Of a DNA stretch of 64,000 bases, positions 1 to 9,361 are shown one piece after another. The notes beneath the pieces were generated by a model, which was given only the letters and a program-made list of their open reading frames with translations, was not told the origin of the DNA and made no database searches. The stretch is from Treponema sp. (GTDB lineage: Bacteria; Spirochaetota; Spirochaetia; Treponematales; Treponemataceae), in contig JAFZLJ010000055.1 of assembly GCA_017551545.1 (NCBI GenBank), positions 35 to 64,034 on the forward strand, given 5' to 3'. A program made the position numbers and the translations under genes. How positions within the stretch are numbered: the first letter of the stretch is position 1; each line of letters starts with the position of its first letter.

Positions 1-169
1 CTTTAATTCTTAAACCTTCGATTCCATTGTACTTATAAAGTCTCAACCATCGTTCGACAACAGAATGACAAGTTCCAATTTTCTTTGCGATTGCTCCTGG
101 CGACAGAATTTCTTCTTCATGCAGTCTTACAGCTTCCAATCGTGTTTCAAAACTGAATACTCTTTGCAT
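1..169 (-). CDS. IS3-family transposase OrfA (HTH), N-terminal part; not in the ORF track
   Basis: Manual translation gives MQRVFSFETRLEAVRLHEEEILSPGAIAKKIGTCHSVVERWLRLYKYNGIEGLRIK, which matches the OrfA pattern F-x-E-x-R/K-L-x-A-V...IA...G...V-x-x-W...Y...G-x-x-GL. Confidence 0.8.
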   Translation of the reverse strand, partial: MQRVFSFETRLEAVRLHEEEILSPGAIAKKIGTCHSVVERWLRLYKYNGIEGLRIK

Positions 170-210
170 AACATCCTCCAAAAAGTGTCTAGCTTTTTGG
201 GTTCAGTTCA
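1..210 (-). mobile_element. Left end of an IS3-family (IS150-like) insertion sequence, running off the window
   Basis: The minus strand starts at 210 with TGAACTGAACCCAAAAAGCTAGACAC (TG-initiated, IS150-type left IR), followed by an SD (GGAGG) and an OrfA HTH reading frame. Confidence 0.8.
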
Positions 211-266
211 GCCCCGTTAGAGGGGGTAGGGCGCAACGTAGTGCGACCGAGGGGCAGGCGCCCCTT
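211..266. repeat. GC-rich multi-hairpin REP-like element abutting the IS end
   Basis: CCCC-GTTAGA-GGGG, GCGCA-ACGTAG-TGCG and AGGGGC-AGGC-GCCCCT hairpins in an AT-rich background; single copy in the window. Confidence 0.5.
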
Positions 267-1097
267 TTAATTCCCCGAAGTAATAATTACATTCTTACCA
301 TTGCGCTGATACTGCTTTGGGGTGCACTTCATATAGTTCTTGAACATCTTTGAAAAATACTGAACTGTGTTGAACCCGTTTTCTGTTGCAATTTCGGTGA
401 TGTTTTTGGATGTGTAAATTAAATCGAGGCATGACTTTTCTATTCTATATTTATTGATATAGTCTGTAAGGTTCATGCCCATATTTTTTTTAAACAGACG
501 GATAAAGTGGCTTTTGCTGTAGGAAGTTATTTTTAAAATATCATCAAGCGAAATGTTTTCGCGGTAATGTTCACGGATATAGTTCAAAGTATCTTCTATT
601 GCATTTACTGTATGGCGCTGTTCGGCCCTGCGATTATCTGTAATTTCTACATACTGATTTGTAAGAAGCACGCAGGAAATAATATCGAACAAAACAGATT
701 TTACAAAAAGCTCGTGACCAAAGGTTTTTTCTGTTACAAATTGTGTTGCATCACGAATCTTCATTAAAACTGCATCAGGAAGTTTTATAAACCGTGATAC
801 TCTTATACTGTCCAGTGTATTGCGGACCGGCTCCCCTTGATTTCCAAGAACGGAACTGTCAAAAACCATGACATAACAATGGTAGTCAATTCCTTCAATT
901 TTTTTTACATAATGATTTGTTCCGGGGTGCATAAAAATAACATCGCCGGCTTTTGCAGTTGTAACGGAATCTTCCAGGCCAAACTCTACGGAACCCTTAT
1001 CTATATAGAAGATTTCGTACTCTACCTGATGGTGCGCCTTTTCCAGATAGGTGGTTTGAGAAAACATACCAATAGGAATTTCACTTTTATACGCCAT
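267..1097 (-). CDS. AraC/XylS-family transcriptional regulator (cupin + HTH)
   Basis: N-terminal cupin (HH..YEIFYI..G) and C-terminal AraC HTH (YSKSHFIRLFKK...ITEIATENGFNTVQYFSKMFK...TPKQY). Start moved to ATG 1097 because the ORF-track extension begins inside a REP. Confidence 0.93.
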   Translation of the reverse strand: MAYKSEIPIGMFSQTTYLEKAHHQVEYEIFYIDKGSVEFGLEDSVTTAKAGDVIFMHPGTNHYVKKIEGIDYHCYVMVFDSSVLGNQGEPVRNTLDSIRVSRFIKLPDAVLMKIRDATQFVTEKTFGHELFVKSVLFDIISCVLLTNQYVEITDNRRAEQRHTVNAIEDTLNYIREHYRENISLDDILKITSYSKSHFIRLFKKNMGMNLTDYINKYRIEKSCLDLIYTSKNITEIATENGFNTVQYFSKMFKNYMKCTPKQYQRNGKNVIITSGN

Positions 1098-1190
1098 AAA
1101 ACCATTATACACTAAAATGAGAATAAAGTATAAAAAATGTGGTGATTTTCTTGTATTTTTTAGAAAAGTGTGGGACAATAATTTAACCAA

Positions 1191-1259
1191 TGTCATTCCC
1201 GTGCTTGACACGGGAATCTATCTTATAAAGAGATTGTCGGGTCAAGCCCGACAATGACA
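1191..1259. repeat. REP family A inverted doublet
   Basis: TGTCATT-CCCGT-GCTTGAC-ACGGG-AATCT (1191-1219) plus an inverted copy AGATT-GTCGG-GTCAAGC-CCGAC-AATGACA (1231-1259). Confidence 0.9.
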
Positions 1260-1299
1260 AAAGGTAGAATCTGACAATGACACATTCTGGAGAAACAAT

Positions 1300-2676
1300 A
1301 TGCTTAGAATAGTAGAAACAAAGCTTGGTAAAATCGAAGGGCTTCCTGCCGCAGACCCTCGAATCACTTCTTTTAAAGGCATTCCTTTTGCAGAACAGCC
1401 TGTAGGCAACCTTCGCTGGCACGCACCTGTTCCTGTTTCTAAAAAATGGGACGGAGTTATGCAGGCCTACAAATTTTCACCAATTCCTGTTCAGCCAACT
1501 CCTTATTATGATCCTAATGATATTTACTGCCGCGAATGGTCTGTAGATAAAGATATTCCTATGGGCGAAGACTGCCTTACCGTAAACGTATGGACTCCTG
1601 CAAATGCGGCAGACGAAAAGCTTCCTGTTTATTTCTGGATTTACGGTGGCGGATGGCAGACTGGTTTTACTGCCGAAATGGAATTTGACGGTGAACGCAT
1701 TGCCCGCCGCGGAATTGTTGTTGTTACTGTAAACTATCGTCTTAATATGTTCGGCTTCCTTTGCCATCCAGAAATTACTGCAGAAAATCCTGAACAGCCT
1801 GCGAACTTTGGATTACTTGATCAGCGATGTGCAATGCAGTGGGTAAAGGATAATATCAGCGCATTTGGTGGTGACCCTGATAATATTACAATTGGTGGTC
1901 AGTCTGCCGGCGGCGGAAGCGTTTTGAATCAGATTGCTTTTGGTACACAGGGAATCTATAAGCGTGCCGTAGTTCACAGCGGTATGTTCTATTCTCCTGA
2001 TAACAGCTTCTTCCGTCAGAAGGACCTTAAAGAAGCAGAGCAGTGTGGTGTTGATTTCTTCAATTTTATAGGTGCAAAAAATCTTGCAGAAGCCCGCGCT
2101 ATTGATACTCAGACACTCCGCAAAAAGTGGGATGAATACGGTGGCTTTGCTAAATCTATTGCAACATGGACTCCTGTAAAGGATGAAAAGTTTGTAAAGG
2201 GCGATTTCTTTGCTTTGCTTGAAAAGGGTGAAATTGAGCCTGTTCCACTTATTCTTGGACACACAACTGATGAGTTCCTGTTCCCGGCAGATCCTGCAAA
2301 GCCTGAAGGTCCAAAGATTCAGCCGCTTGCTATTGCCGTTCAGAAGTATCAGGAGTTCCAGGAAAAAATTGGTAAAGCTGTACCAAGCTACTATTATATA
2401 TTTGATGTTCCAATCCCTGGTTGGGATAATCCGGGAACCTTCCATTCTGTAGACCTTTGGTTCTGGTTCGAAACTCTTGCCAAGTGCTGGAGACCTTTCA
2501 AGGGAATGCAGTATGATGTTTCGCGCAAGATGTGTAACTACCTGTGTAACTTTGTAAAGACCGGAAATCCTAACGGAAAAGACTGCGATGATGCAGTTTT
2601 GCCTGAATGGAAGCCTTATACAACAGGCGATACTAACAAAATGATTTTCAACACAGATGCACAACCGGAAAAATAA
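1300..2676 (+). CDS. Type-B carboxylesterase (pNB-esterase family)
   Basis: FKGIPFA, EDCL.VNVW, YGGG, NYRL, NFGLLDQ, FGGDPDNITIGGQSAG nucleophile, E (TTDE) and H (FHSVD); SD GGAG. Confidence 0.93.
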   Translation: MLRIVETKLGKIEGLPAADPRITSFKGIPFAEQPVGNLRWHAPVPVSKKWDGVMQAYKFSPIPVQPTPYYDPNDIYCREWSVDKDIPMGEDCLTVNVWTPANAADEKLPVYFWIYGGGWQTGFTAEMEFDGERIARRGIVVVTVNYRLNMFGFLCHPEITAENPEQPANFGLLDQRCAMQWVKDNISAFGGDPDNITIGGQSAGGGSVLNQIAFGTQGIYKRAVVHSGMFYSPDNSFFRQKDLKEAEQCGVDFFNFIGAKNLAEARAIDTQTLRKKWDEYGGFAKSIATWTPVKDEKFVKGDFFALLEKGEIEPVPLILGHTTDEFLFPADPAKPEGPKIQPLAIAVQKYQEFQEKIGKAVPSYYYIFDVPIPGWDNPGTFHSVDLWFWFETLAKCWRPFKGMQYDVSRKMCNYLCNFVKTGNPNGKDCDDAVLPEWKPYTTGDTNKMIFNTDAQPEK

Positions 2677-2693
2677 GGGAAAAACCCTGCAAA

Positions 2694-3640
<947 letters not shown>

Positions 3641-3679
3641 AAAATAAAAACTTAAAAAAAGTCAATAAGGAGGACTTTT

Positions 3680-5413
3680 ATGAAAAAAATCGTTGCAATG
3701 TTGTTGGTTGCATGTGCACTTACAACATCAATGTTTGCTGCAAAGAAAAAGGTAGAAACTCTCAAGATTTCTGTTTTTACTATCCAGAGCCGCAAACAGC
3801 CATCTAAGAGCAACAAAACTTACAAGTGGATTAAGGAAAACTTCGGTGTTGAATTCACTTGGGATATCTTGGTTGGTGACAAGGATCAGAAGATTGGTAT
3901 GCTTATCGCTTCTGGTGATCTTCCAGATCTCGTAGAAGTAGATTCTGAAAAATTCCAGGGTGCTGGATGTCTTCGTGACCTCTTGCCTTTGCTTCAGAAA
4001 GCAAACTGCCAGAACCTCTTGAAGCACTATGGAAGTGTTTGGCAGAAGATGCTCGACGTTGATTCAGAGAAAGATGCTAACGGAAAGATCGTTAAAGAAC
4101 ACATCTATTCTCTCCCTAACTACGGTGTAATTGATGGAAAATCATCAGGTACATATTACAACCAGAATGCTTGGTGGATTCAGAAGTGCGTTCTTAAGGA
4201 ATTCGGATACCCAACAATCTCTACTGTAGATGAATATTTCGATCTTCTCGAAAAATACTACAAGAAGTATCCAACAATCGACGGAATGCCAACAATTCCA
4301 TTCTCAATCCTTACATATGACTGGGAAGCATTCAACCTTTGGAACCCACCTAACTTCTTGTCTGGAAATCCAAACGATGGTAACGGACACGTAGAATTAG
4401 TTAATGGAAAGTATGTTTACAAAGACAACTTCCAGTCTGATGCTGCTAAGAGATGGTTCAAGCTTGCTAACGGTTACTATAAGAGAGGATTGATCGATCC
4501 AGCTTCTTTCACAGACAACAAAGACCAGTACTGGGCTAAAGTAACTCAGGGTCGTGTACTCGGATTCTTCATCCAGGGATGGGAATTCATGGGTAACTAT
4601 GATAGCGCTCTTGAAGTAGACGGAAAGGGAGAAAGAACATATTGTCCTCTTCCAGTAACATTTGATAACACAGTAGTTCCACGCTACGTAGATAGTGATC
4701 TTCCAAACCTCCAGAGAGGATATGGTATCACAACAAAGTGTTCTGAAGAAAAAGCTATCAAGATCCTTAAGTTCATGGATGAAATGCTCAAAGAAGAAAA
4801 CCAGAAAGTTCTTTACTGGGGATTCGAAGGCGAAGATTATCTCATCGATAAGGACGGATCTGTAACTGGTGTTAAGGGTCAGCCATACCGCACAGAAAAG
4901 ATGCGCAAGGAACAGAAAGATCCAAAATGGGTTGAAAAGAACCGTGCAAGACTTTGGGATGATGAAGCTCCAAAACTTGAAGGAACAACAGCTAGTGGAT
5001 ATAACCGCTCAATCGAAGAATATCCATATGAACAGGCAGCTGCTAACGCTGACCATCCATGGGATGTTGAACTCTGGAAAGCTTATGGTGTAGGTTCTTA
5101 CAAGGAACTCATGAGCAAACCTCAGACTTCTACAATGAATACTGGATGGTATCCACTCTGGCAGTTGAACCCTAACGCTGAAAACGGTGGTGCTGAAGCT
5201 ACTGCTAAGGAAGCACAGGTACAGTTCGAAGACACATGGGCACGCAAGTATCTTCCAAAGATGATTATGTGTGAAACAGACGCTGAATTCGAAAAGCTCT
5301 GGGCAGAATATGTTGCTGGTATTAAACCTTACATGGTAACATGGAATGCTTACTTCCAGAACTGTCTTGATGACCGCATTTCTAAGTACGGTGCTGTTCC
5401 TGAGGGATATTAA
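3680..5413 (+). CDS. Oligosaccharide ABC transporter substrate-binding protein (LplA-like)
   Basis: Signal peptide, MLIASGDLPD, YYKRGLIDP..FT, YWG.EG.DY motifs; strong SD AAGGAGG; upstream of two carbohydrate permeases. Confidence 0.88.
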   Translation: MKKIVAMLLVACALTTSMFAAKKKVETLKISVFTIQSRKQPSKSNKTYKWIKENFGVEFTWDILVGDKDQKIGMLIASGDLPDLVEVDSEKFQGAGCLRDLLPLLQKANCQNLLKHYGSVWQKMLDVDSEKDANGKIVKEHIYSLPNYGVIDGKSSGTYYNQNAWWIQKCVLKEFGYPTISTVDEYFDLLEKYYKKYPTIDGMPTIPFSILTYDWEAFNLWNPPNFLSGNPNDGNGHVELVNGKYVYKDNFQSDAAKRWFKLANGYYKRGLIDPASFTDNKDQYWAKVTQGRVLGFFIQGWEFMGNYDSALEVDGKGERTYCPLPVTFDNTVVPRYVDSDLPNLQRGYGITTKCSEEKAIKILKFMDEMLKEENQKVLYWGFEGEDYLIDKDGSVTGVKGQPYRTEKMRKEQKDPKWVEKNRARLWDDEAPKLEGTTASGYNRSIEEYPYEQAAANADHPWDVELWKAYGVGSYKELMSKPQTSTMNTGWYPLWQLNPNAENGGAEATAKEAQVQFEDTWARKYLPKMIMCETDAEFEKLWAEYVAGIKPYMVTWNAYFQNCLDDRISKYGAVPEGY

Positions 5414-5447
5414 TTAAAAGATAACTTTTAGTTATCCTTCAATTACT

Positions 5448-5518
5448 GATGTAAGGGGTTCTTATGACCCTTTACATCTGCTAAAAGGTCCACAGGCCAT
5501 TTTCTGTGGACTTTTTTT
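5448..5518 (+). terminator. Tandem stem-loops after the SBP gene; the second is an intrinsic terminator
   Basis: GATGTAAGGGGTT-CTTAT-GACCCTTTACATC (5448-5478), then GTCCACAG-N8-CTGTGGAC followed by T7 (5488-5518). Confidence 0.75.
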
Positions 5519-5554
5519 CTATGTAAAAACTTCTTTTTTTAGTTGGTGTTTTTT

Positions 5555-6556
5555 ATGAAAAATAAAAAAACTGAAGCTGCTCCTGCAACAACAGAAACAG
5601 CTCTTACAAATAAAGTGAGCAAGTGGCAAAAGCTTGGTAAGCAGAAAATGCTTATTTTAATGTCTGTTCCATTTGTTCTTTATGTTATCTTGTTCAGATA
5701 TATCCCACTTTGGGGTTGGACAATGGCTTTTCAGTCATATAAGCCTAATGTTAAATTTTCAGACCAGGCTTGGGTTGGTTTTAAATGGTTTAAAGAACTG
5801 TTTAAATCATATAATGCTTCAACAGACGAGTATATCTGGAATCTCGAATTCCTTCGTTCTTTAAGAAATACAGTCGGAATGAGTCTTATCAGTACTGCTT
5901 TGGGTTACATCACAGCAATTGTACTTGCAGTATTCCTGAATGAAGTTCGTGTTATTGGAATTAAAAGATTTGTTCAGACAGTATCATATCTCCCGCACTT
6001 CCTTTCTTGGGTAATTGTTACGGGTTTGGTTGCGAATGTTCTTTCCGTAGAAGGCGGAACTTTAAATAACATATTACAGGGACTTCATCTTATTAAAAAG
6101 CCTATACAGTGGCTTTCAACTCCAAAATATTTCTGGCACATCATTGGTTGGACTTACGTATGGAAGGAAGTAGGATGGAATACTATTGTATATCTTGGTG
6201 CAATGACTGCTATTGACCCATGTCTGTATGAAGCAGCACAGATTGACGGTTGTGGTCGTCTTCGCAAAATCTGGCATATTACATTGCCAGGTATTAAGCC
6301 AACAATCGTTATTATGTTGATTATGTCAGCAGGTCATATCCTTGATGCTAACTTCGAAATGCCGTTCTTCTTAAAGAATGGTCTTATTCAGGACGTTGCA
6401 AACACGATCGATATTTATGTATTGAAATTCGGTTTCAACCTGTTTAATTTCTCTCTTGCAACAGCTGCCGGTATGTTTAAGAATGCTGTTAATATTATTC
6501 TTTTGCTTTTTGCTAACTGGCTTGCCAAGAGATCTGGTGAAGAGAGGTTGATATAA
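5555..6556 (+). CDS. Carbohydrate ABC permease (LplB/YteP-like)
   Basis: QTVSYLPHFLSWVIV, WKEVGWNTIVYLGA, EAA loop LYEAAQIDG. Confidence 0.92.
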   Translation: MKNKKTEAAPATTETALTNKVSKWQKLGKQKMLILMSVPFVLYVILFRYIPLWGWTMAFQSYKPNVKFSDQAWVGFKWFKELFKSYNASTDEYIWNLEFLRSLRNTVGMSLISTALGYITAIVLAVFLNEVRVIGIKRFVQTVSYLPHFLSWVIVTGLVANVLSVEGGTLNNILQGLHLIKKPIQWLSTPKYFWHIIGWTYVWKEVGWNTIVYLGAMTAIDPCLYEAAQIDGCGRLRKIWHITLPGIKPTIVIMLIMSAGHILDANFEMPFFLKNGLIQDVANTIDIYVLKFGFNLFNFSLATAAGMFKNAVNIILLLFANWLAKRSGEERLI

Positions 6557-7503
6557 TGGAAGAGAAGACAATTAATTCATATTATGCAGCAAAAAGGCAG
6601 ACACAGATAAGCAACATCATTTTTGATGCAATTATCTTCCTTGTTCTTGCATTTGTTGTAGTAGCAACTGTATATCCTTTCTGGAATACAATTGCAATTT
6701 CGTTCAATGACGGTTTTGACTCGCTCAAGGGCGGTATTAAGCTTTGGCCACGTAAGTTTACATGGCAGAACTATGCCGATTTGTTTACAACAGACGAGAT
6801 TTTCCATGCAGGAATTATTTCTGTTTCTCGTACTGTATTACAGACAGTTTTCTGTGTATATTGTACAGCAATGCTTGCTTATGCCTTGAGCCGCAAAGAG
6901 TTTGTACTCAGAAAACCACTTACTTCTGTAGTTGTAATTTCTATGTACATTAATGCCGGTTTGATTCCTGGTTACATGCTCATGAAAAACCTTCATCTTA
7001 TCGGTAAGTTTGCAGTTTATGTTGTTCCTTGTCTTGTAGATGTATTCAACTTCATCCTTGTAAGAACATATATAAACGGACTTCCAGACAGCTTTGTTGA
7101 ATCTGCCCGCATTGATGGTGCTAACGAATTTAAGATCTTTATGCAGATTATCATGCCTCTTATTGTCCCTTCAATTGCTATGATTTCTTTGTTCGTTGCT
7201 GTAGGTGCATGGAACAGCTGGTTCGATACATATTTGTTCTGTTCAAATAAGCCAGAGCTTCATTCTTTGCAGTACGTATTGATGTCTTACTTACAGGCAA
7301 GTCAGAACCAGAGCTCTTCTGCATCTGATGCCGGTTCTATGGCCGTTGCCGCAGCTGCCGGTTCAACATCATCTGGTAGAACAACTCCAATTAGTATTCG
7401 TTCTTCTATTACAGTAGTTGCAACATTACCAATTCTTGTTGTTTACCCATTCGTACAGAAGTACTTCGTAGTTGGTATGACAATTGGTGGTGTAAAAGAG
7501 TAA
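6556..7503 (+). CDS. Carbohydrate ABC permease (LplC/YtcP-like)
   Basis: GLIPGY, ESARIDGA, WNSWFD, VYPFVQKYFV.G..IGGVKE. Confidence 0.92.
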   Translation: MEEKTINSYYAAKRQTQISNIIFDAIIFLVLAFVVVATVYPFWNTIAISFNDGFDSLKGGIKLWPRKFTWQNYADLFTTDEIFHAGIISVSRTVLQTVFCVYCTAMLAYALSRKEFVLRKPLTSVVVISMYINAGLIPGYMLMKNLHLIGKFAVYVVPCLVDVFNFILVRTYINGLPDSFVESARIDGANEFKIFMQIIMPLIVPSIAMISLFVAVGAWNSWFDTYLFCSNKPELHSLQYVLMSYLQASQNQSSSASDAGSMAVAAAAGSTSSGRTTPISIRSSITVVATLPILVVYPFVQKYFVVGMTIGGVKE

Positions 7504-7505
7504 AG

Positions 7506-7609
7506 TGTCATTATCGGGCTTGCCCCGATAATCTCTTAGACAGAACGTCATTGCGAGCCAAGGCGAAACAATCCATGGATTGCCACGTCGCTTCGCTCCT
7601 CGCAATGAC
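7506..7609. repeat. REP cluster: family A (7506-7534) plus family B inverted doublet (7547-7574, 7577-7609)
   Basis: TGTCATT-ATCGG-GCTTGCC-CCGAT-AATCT; GTCATTGCGAG...CAATCC / GGATTGCCAC...CTCGCAATGAC followed by T8. Confidence 0.9.
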
Positions 7610-7615
7610 TTTTTT

Positions 7616-7644
7616 TTGCATTCAGATCTTTTTAATGATATAAT
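7616..7644 (+). promoter_or_regulatory. Sigma70-type promoter of the HD-GYP gene (likely leaderless)
   Basis: TTGCAT-N17-TATAAT with extended TGn, 7 nt before ATG 7652, no SD. Confidence 0.7.
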
Positions 7645-7651
7645 TAATAAT

Positions 7652-9361
7652 ATGTTACCTGGGCTTTATTTATCTGCATTTTTTGTTTCTCTTATAGAGC
7701 TTGTAATGTTCTATGAAAAGCGGCTTGGAAAAAACAGTCAGAACAGATTGATTTTGTTCATTGCCTGTTTTATTGCAAACTACGGTTGTGCTTTTCAATC
7801 TTTTGCCATAATTGTAAACGAAGCAATATGCGGAATGCAGATTTATTTTATTGGTAACACCCTTACTTTTGTTTTCCTTTTCTTTGTAATCGCAGATATT
7901 TGTACAGTAAAGCTTCATCGTTATGTTGAACGCTGTCTTTTTGGCGTTGCATTTATAATAATGGCTTTGGTAGCAGTTTGCGCCCATTATGATCTTTTCT
8001 TTAAAAAGGTAGAAATTGGTCATTTTGCCGGGGCAGCCTATGTAATTAAGGAATATGGAGTTTTATACTTCCTTTATCCTTTGTTTATTCTTGCTAACAC
8101 AATTGCCAGCATTTTTGTTATTCTTACTACCCGAAAAAAGGGCAAGAAGGTTTCTAAAAAAACAGTACTTTACCTTCTTGGAATACTTTTAATTACAGAC
8201 ATCACAACTATTATTTCTCTTATTACAAATTATCCGTTTGAAATTTATCCGTTTATAAATATCCTTCTTCTTGCAGCCCTTCTTGTTATTTTTAAGCATG
8301 CAGGAATGTATGATATGACCGAAAATCTTGTTAATGTTTTTTCACAGCGACTTGAATACGGTTATATTACTTTTGACAGAAAAAAACGTTTTCTTGGCTG
8401 TAACAGGTTTGCACAAAAGGTGCTTCCTCAATTAAAAGAAGCCGAAATTGATGAATATTTAAATACAAAAGACTGCCAGTATTATTCTGTTATTCTTGAC
8501 TGGATTGATGACTGGGTTGATGGCGACGAAAAAGAGCTTAAAATTACAAATGGCGATATTACAGCCATGTCCACAATCCGTTATATTCGAAACGATAACC
8601 GCAATATTGGATATCTTGTAGAAATGCGCGATGTTACTTCGCATCAGAAGTATCTGGAAAATCTGGAAGGTAACCGCCATTATCTTGAACTTGAAGTAGA
8701 AGAAAAATCAAATAAAATTGTTCATATTCAGGATTCGATTATTACCGGTATTGCAAGTATGGTCGAAAGCCGCGACAACTCTACCGGGGACCATATTCGC
8801 CGTACAAGTGAAGGGGTTCGCATATTTGTAGAACAGATTAAAAAACATAAGGATTATGATTATCTTGGAGAATCTTTCTGTATTAATGTTACAAAAGCTG
8901 CTCCTATGCACGACCTTGGAAAAATTGCCGTTCATGATGCTGTTTTGCAAAAGCCTGGAAAGTTTATTCCGGAAGAATATGAAGCAATGAAAATTCACAC
9001 TACAAAGGGTGCCGAAATAGTTGCCAATGTTCTTAGAGAAGTTGAAGACAAGCAGTTTAAGCAGATTTCTATAAACGTTGCTCATTATCATCATGAAAAA
9101 TGGGATGGAAGCGGTTATCCTAAAGGGTTAAAGGGTGAAGAAATTCCTATTGAAGCCCGTATAATGGCTTTTGCAGATGTTTTTGACGCACTTGTGACTA
9201 AGCGCTGCTACAAGGAGGCTTACGATTACGATACAGCCTTCGAAATTATGCAGAAAGAATTCGGCTCACACTTTGATCCTGATTTGGGAAGAATATTCTT
9301 AGAGTGTAAAGATGCACTTGTAGAAATGTACAGACTTGATGCACTGTTGAATAAGAACTAA
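7652..9361 (+). CDS. HD-GYP c-di-GMP phosphodiesterase with N-terminal 7TM sensor
   Basis: About 7 hydrophobic helices; ESRDNSTGDH, MHDLGKI, HHEKWDGSGYP, ADVFDAL..KRCYK. Start moved from the REP-derived 7580. Confidence 0.92.
   Translation: MLPGLYLSAFFVSLIELVMFYEKRLGKNSQNRLILFIACFIANYGCAFQSFAIIVNEAICGMQIYFIGNTLTFVFLFFVIADICTVKLHRYVERCLFGVAFIIMALVAVCAHYDLFFKKVEIGHFAGAAYVIKEYGVLYFLYPLFILANTIASIFVILTTRKKGKKVSKKTVLYLLGILLITDITTIISLITNYPFEIYPFINILLLAALLVIFKHAGMYDMTENLVNVFSQRLEYGYITFDRKKRFLGCNRFAQKVLPQLKEAEIDEYLNTKDCQYYSVILDWIDDWVDGDEKELKITNGDITAMSTIRYIRNDNRNIGYLVEMRDVTSHQKYLENLEGNRHYLELEVEEKSNKIVHIQDSIITGIASMVESRDNSTGDHIRRTSEGVRIFVEQIKKHKDYDYLGESFCINVTKAAPMHDLGKIAVHDAVLQKPGKFIPEEYEAMKIHTTKGAEIVANVLREVEDKQFKQISINVAHYHHEKWDGSGYPKGLKGEEIPIEARIMAFADVFDALVTKRCYKEAYDYDTAFEIMQKEFGSHFDPDLGRIFLECKDALVEMYRLDALLNKN

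Noticed and set aside
1813-2664. 283-aa antisense ORF and the many other short overlapping ORFs
   Set aside because: Shadow frames of well-supported genes, with no motifs or translation signals.
7580-7651. ORF-track N-terminal extensions (also 1098-1211, 34585-34608, 48318-48356, 42967-43008, 49813-49857)
   Set aside because: They start within REPs or run through promoter hexamers; downstream ATGs fit family N-termini and the promoter or SD positions.
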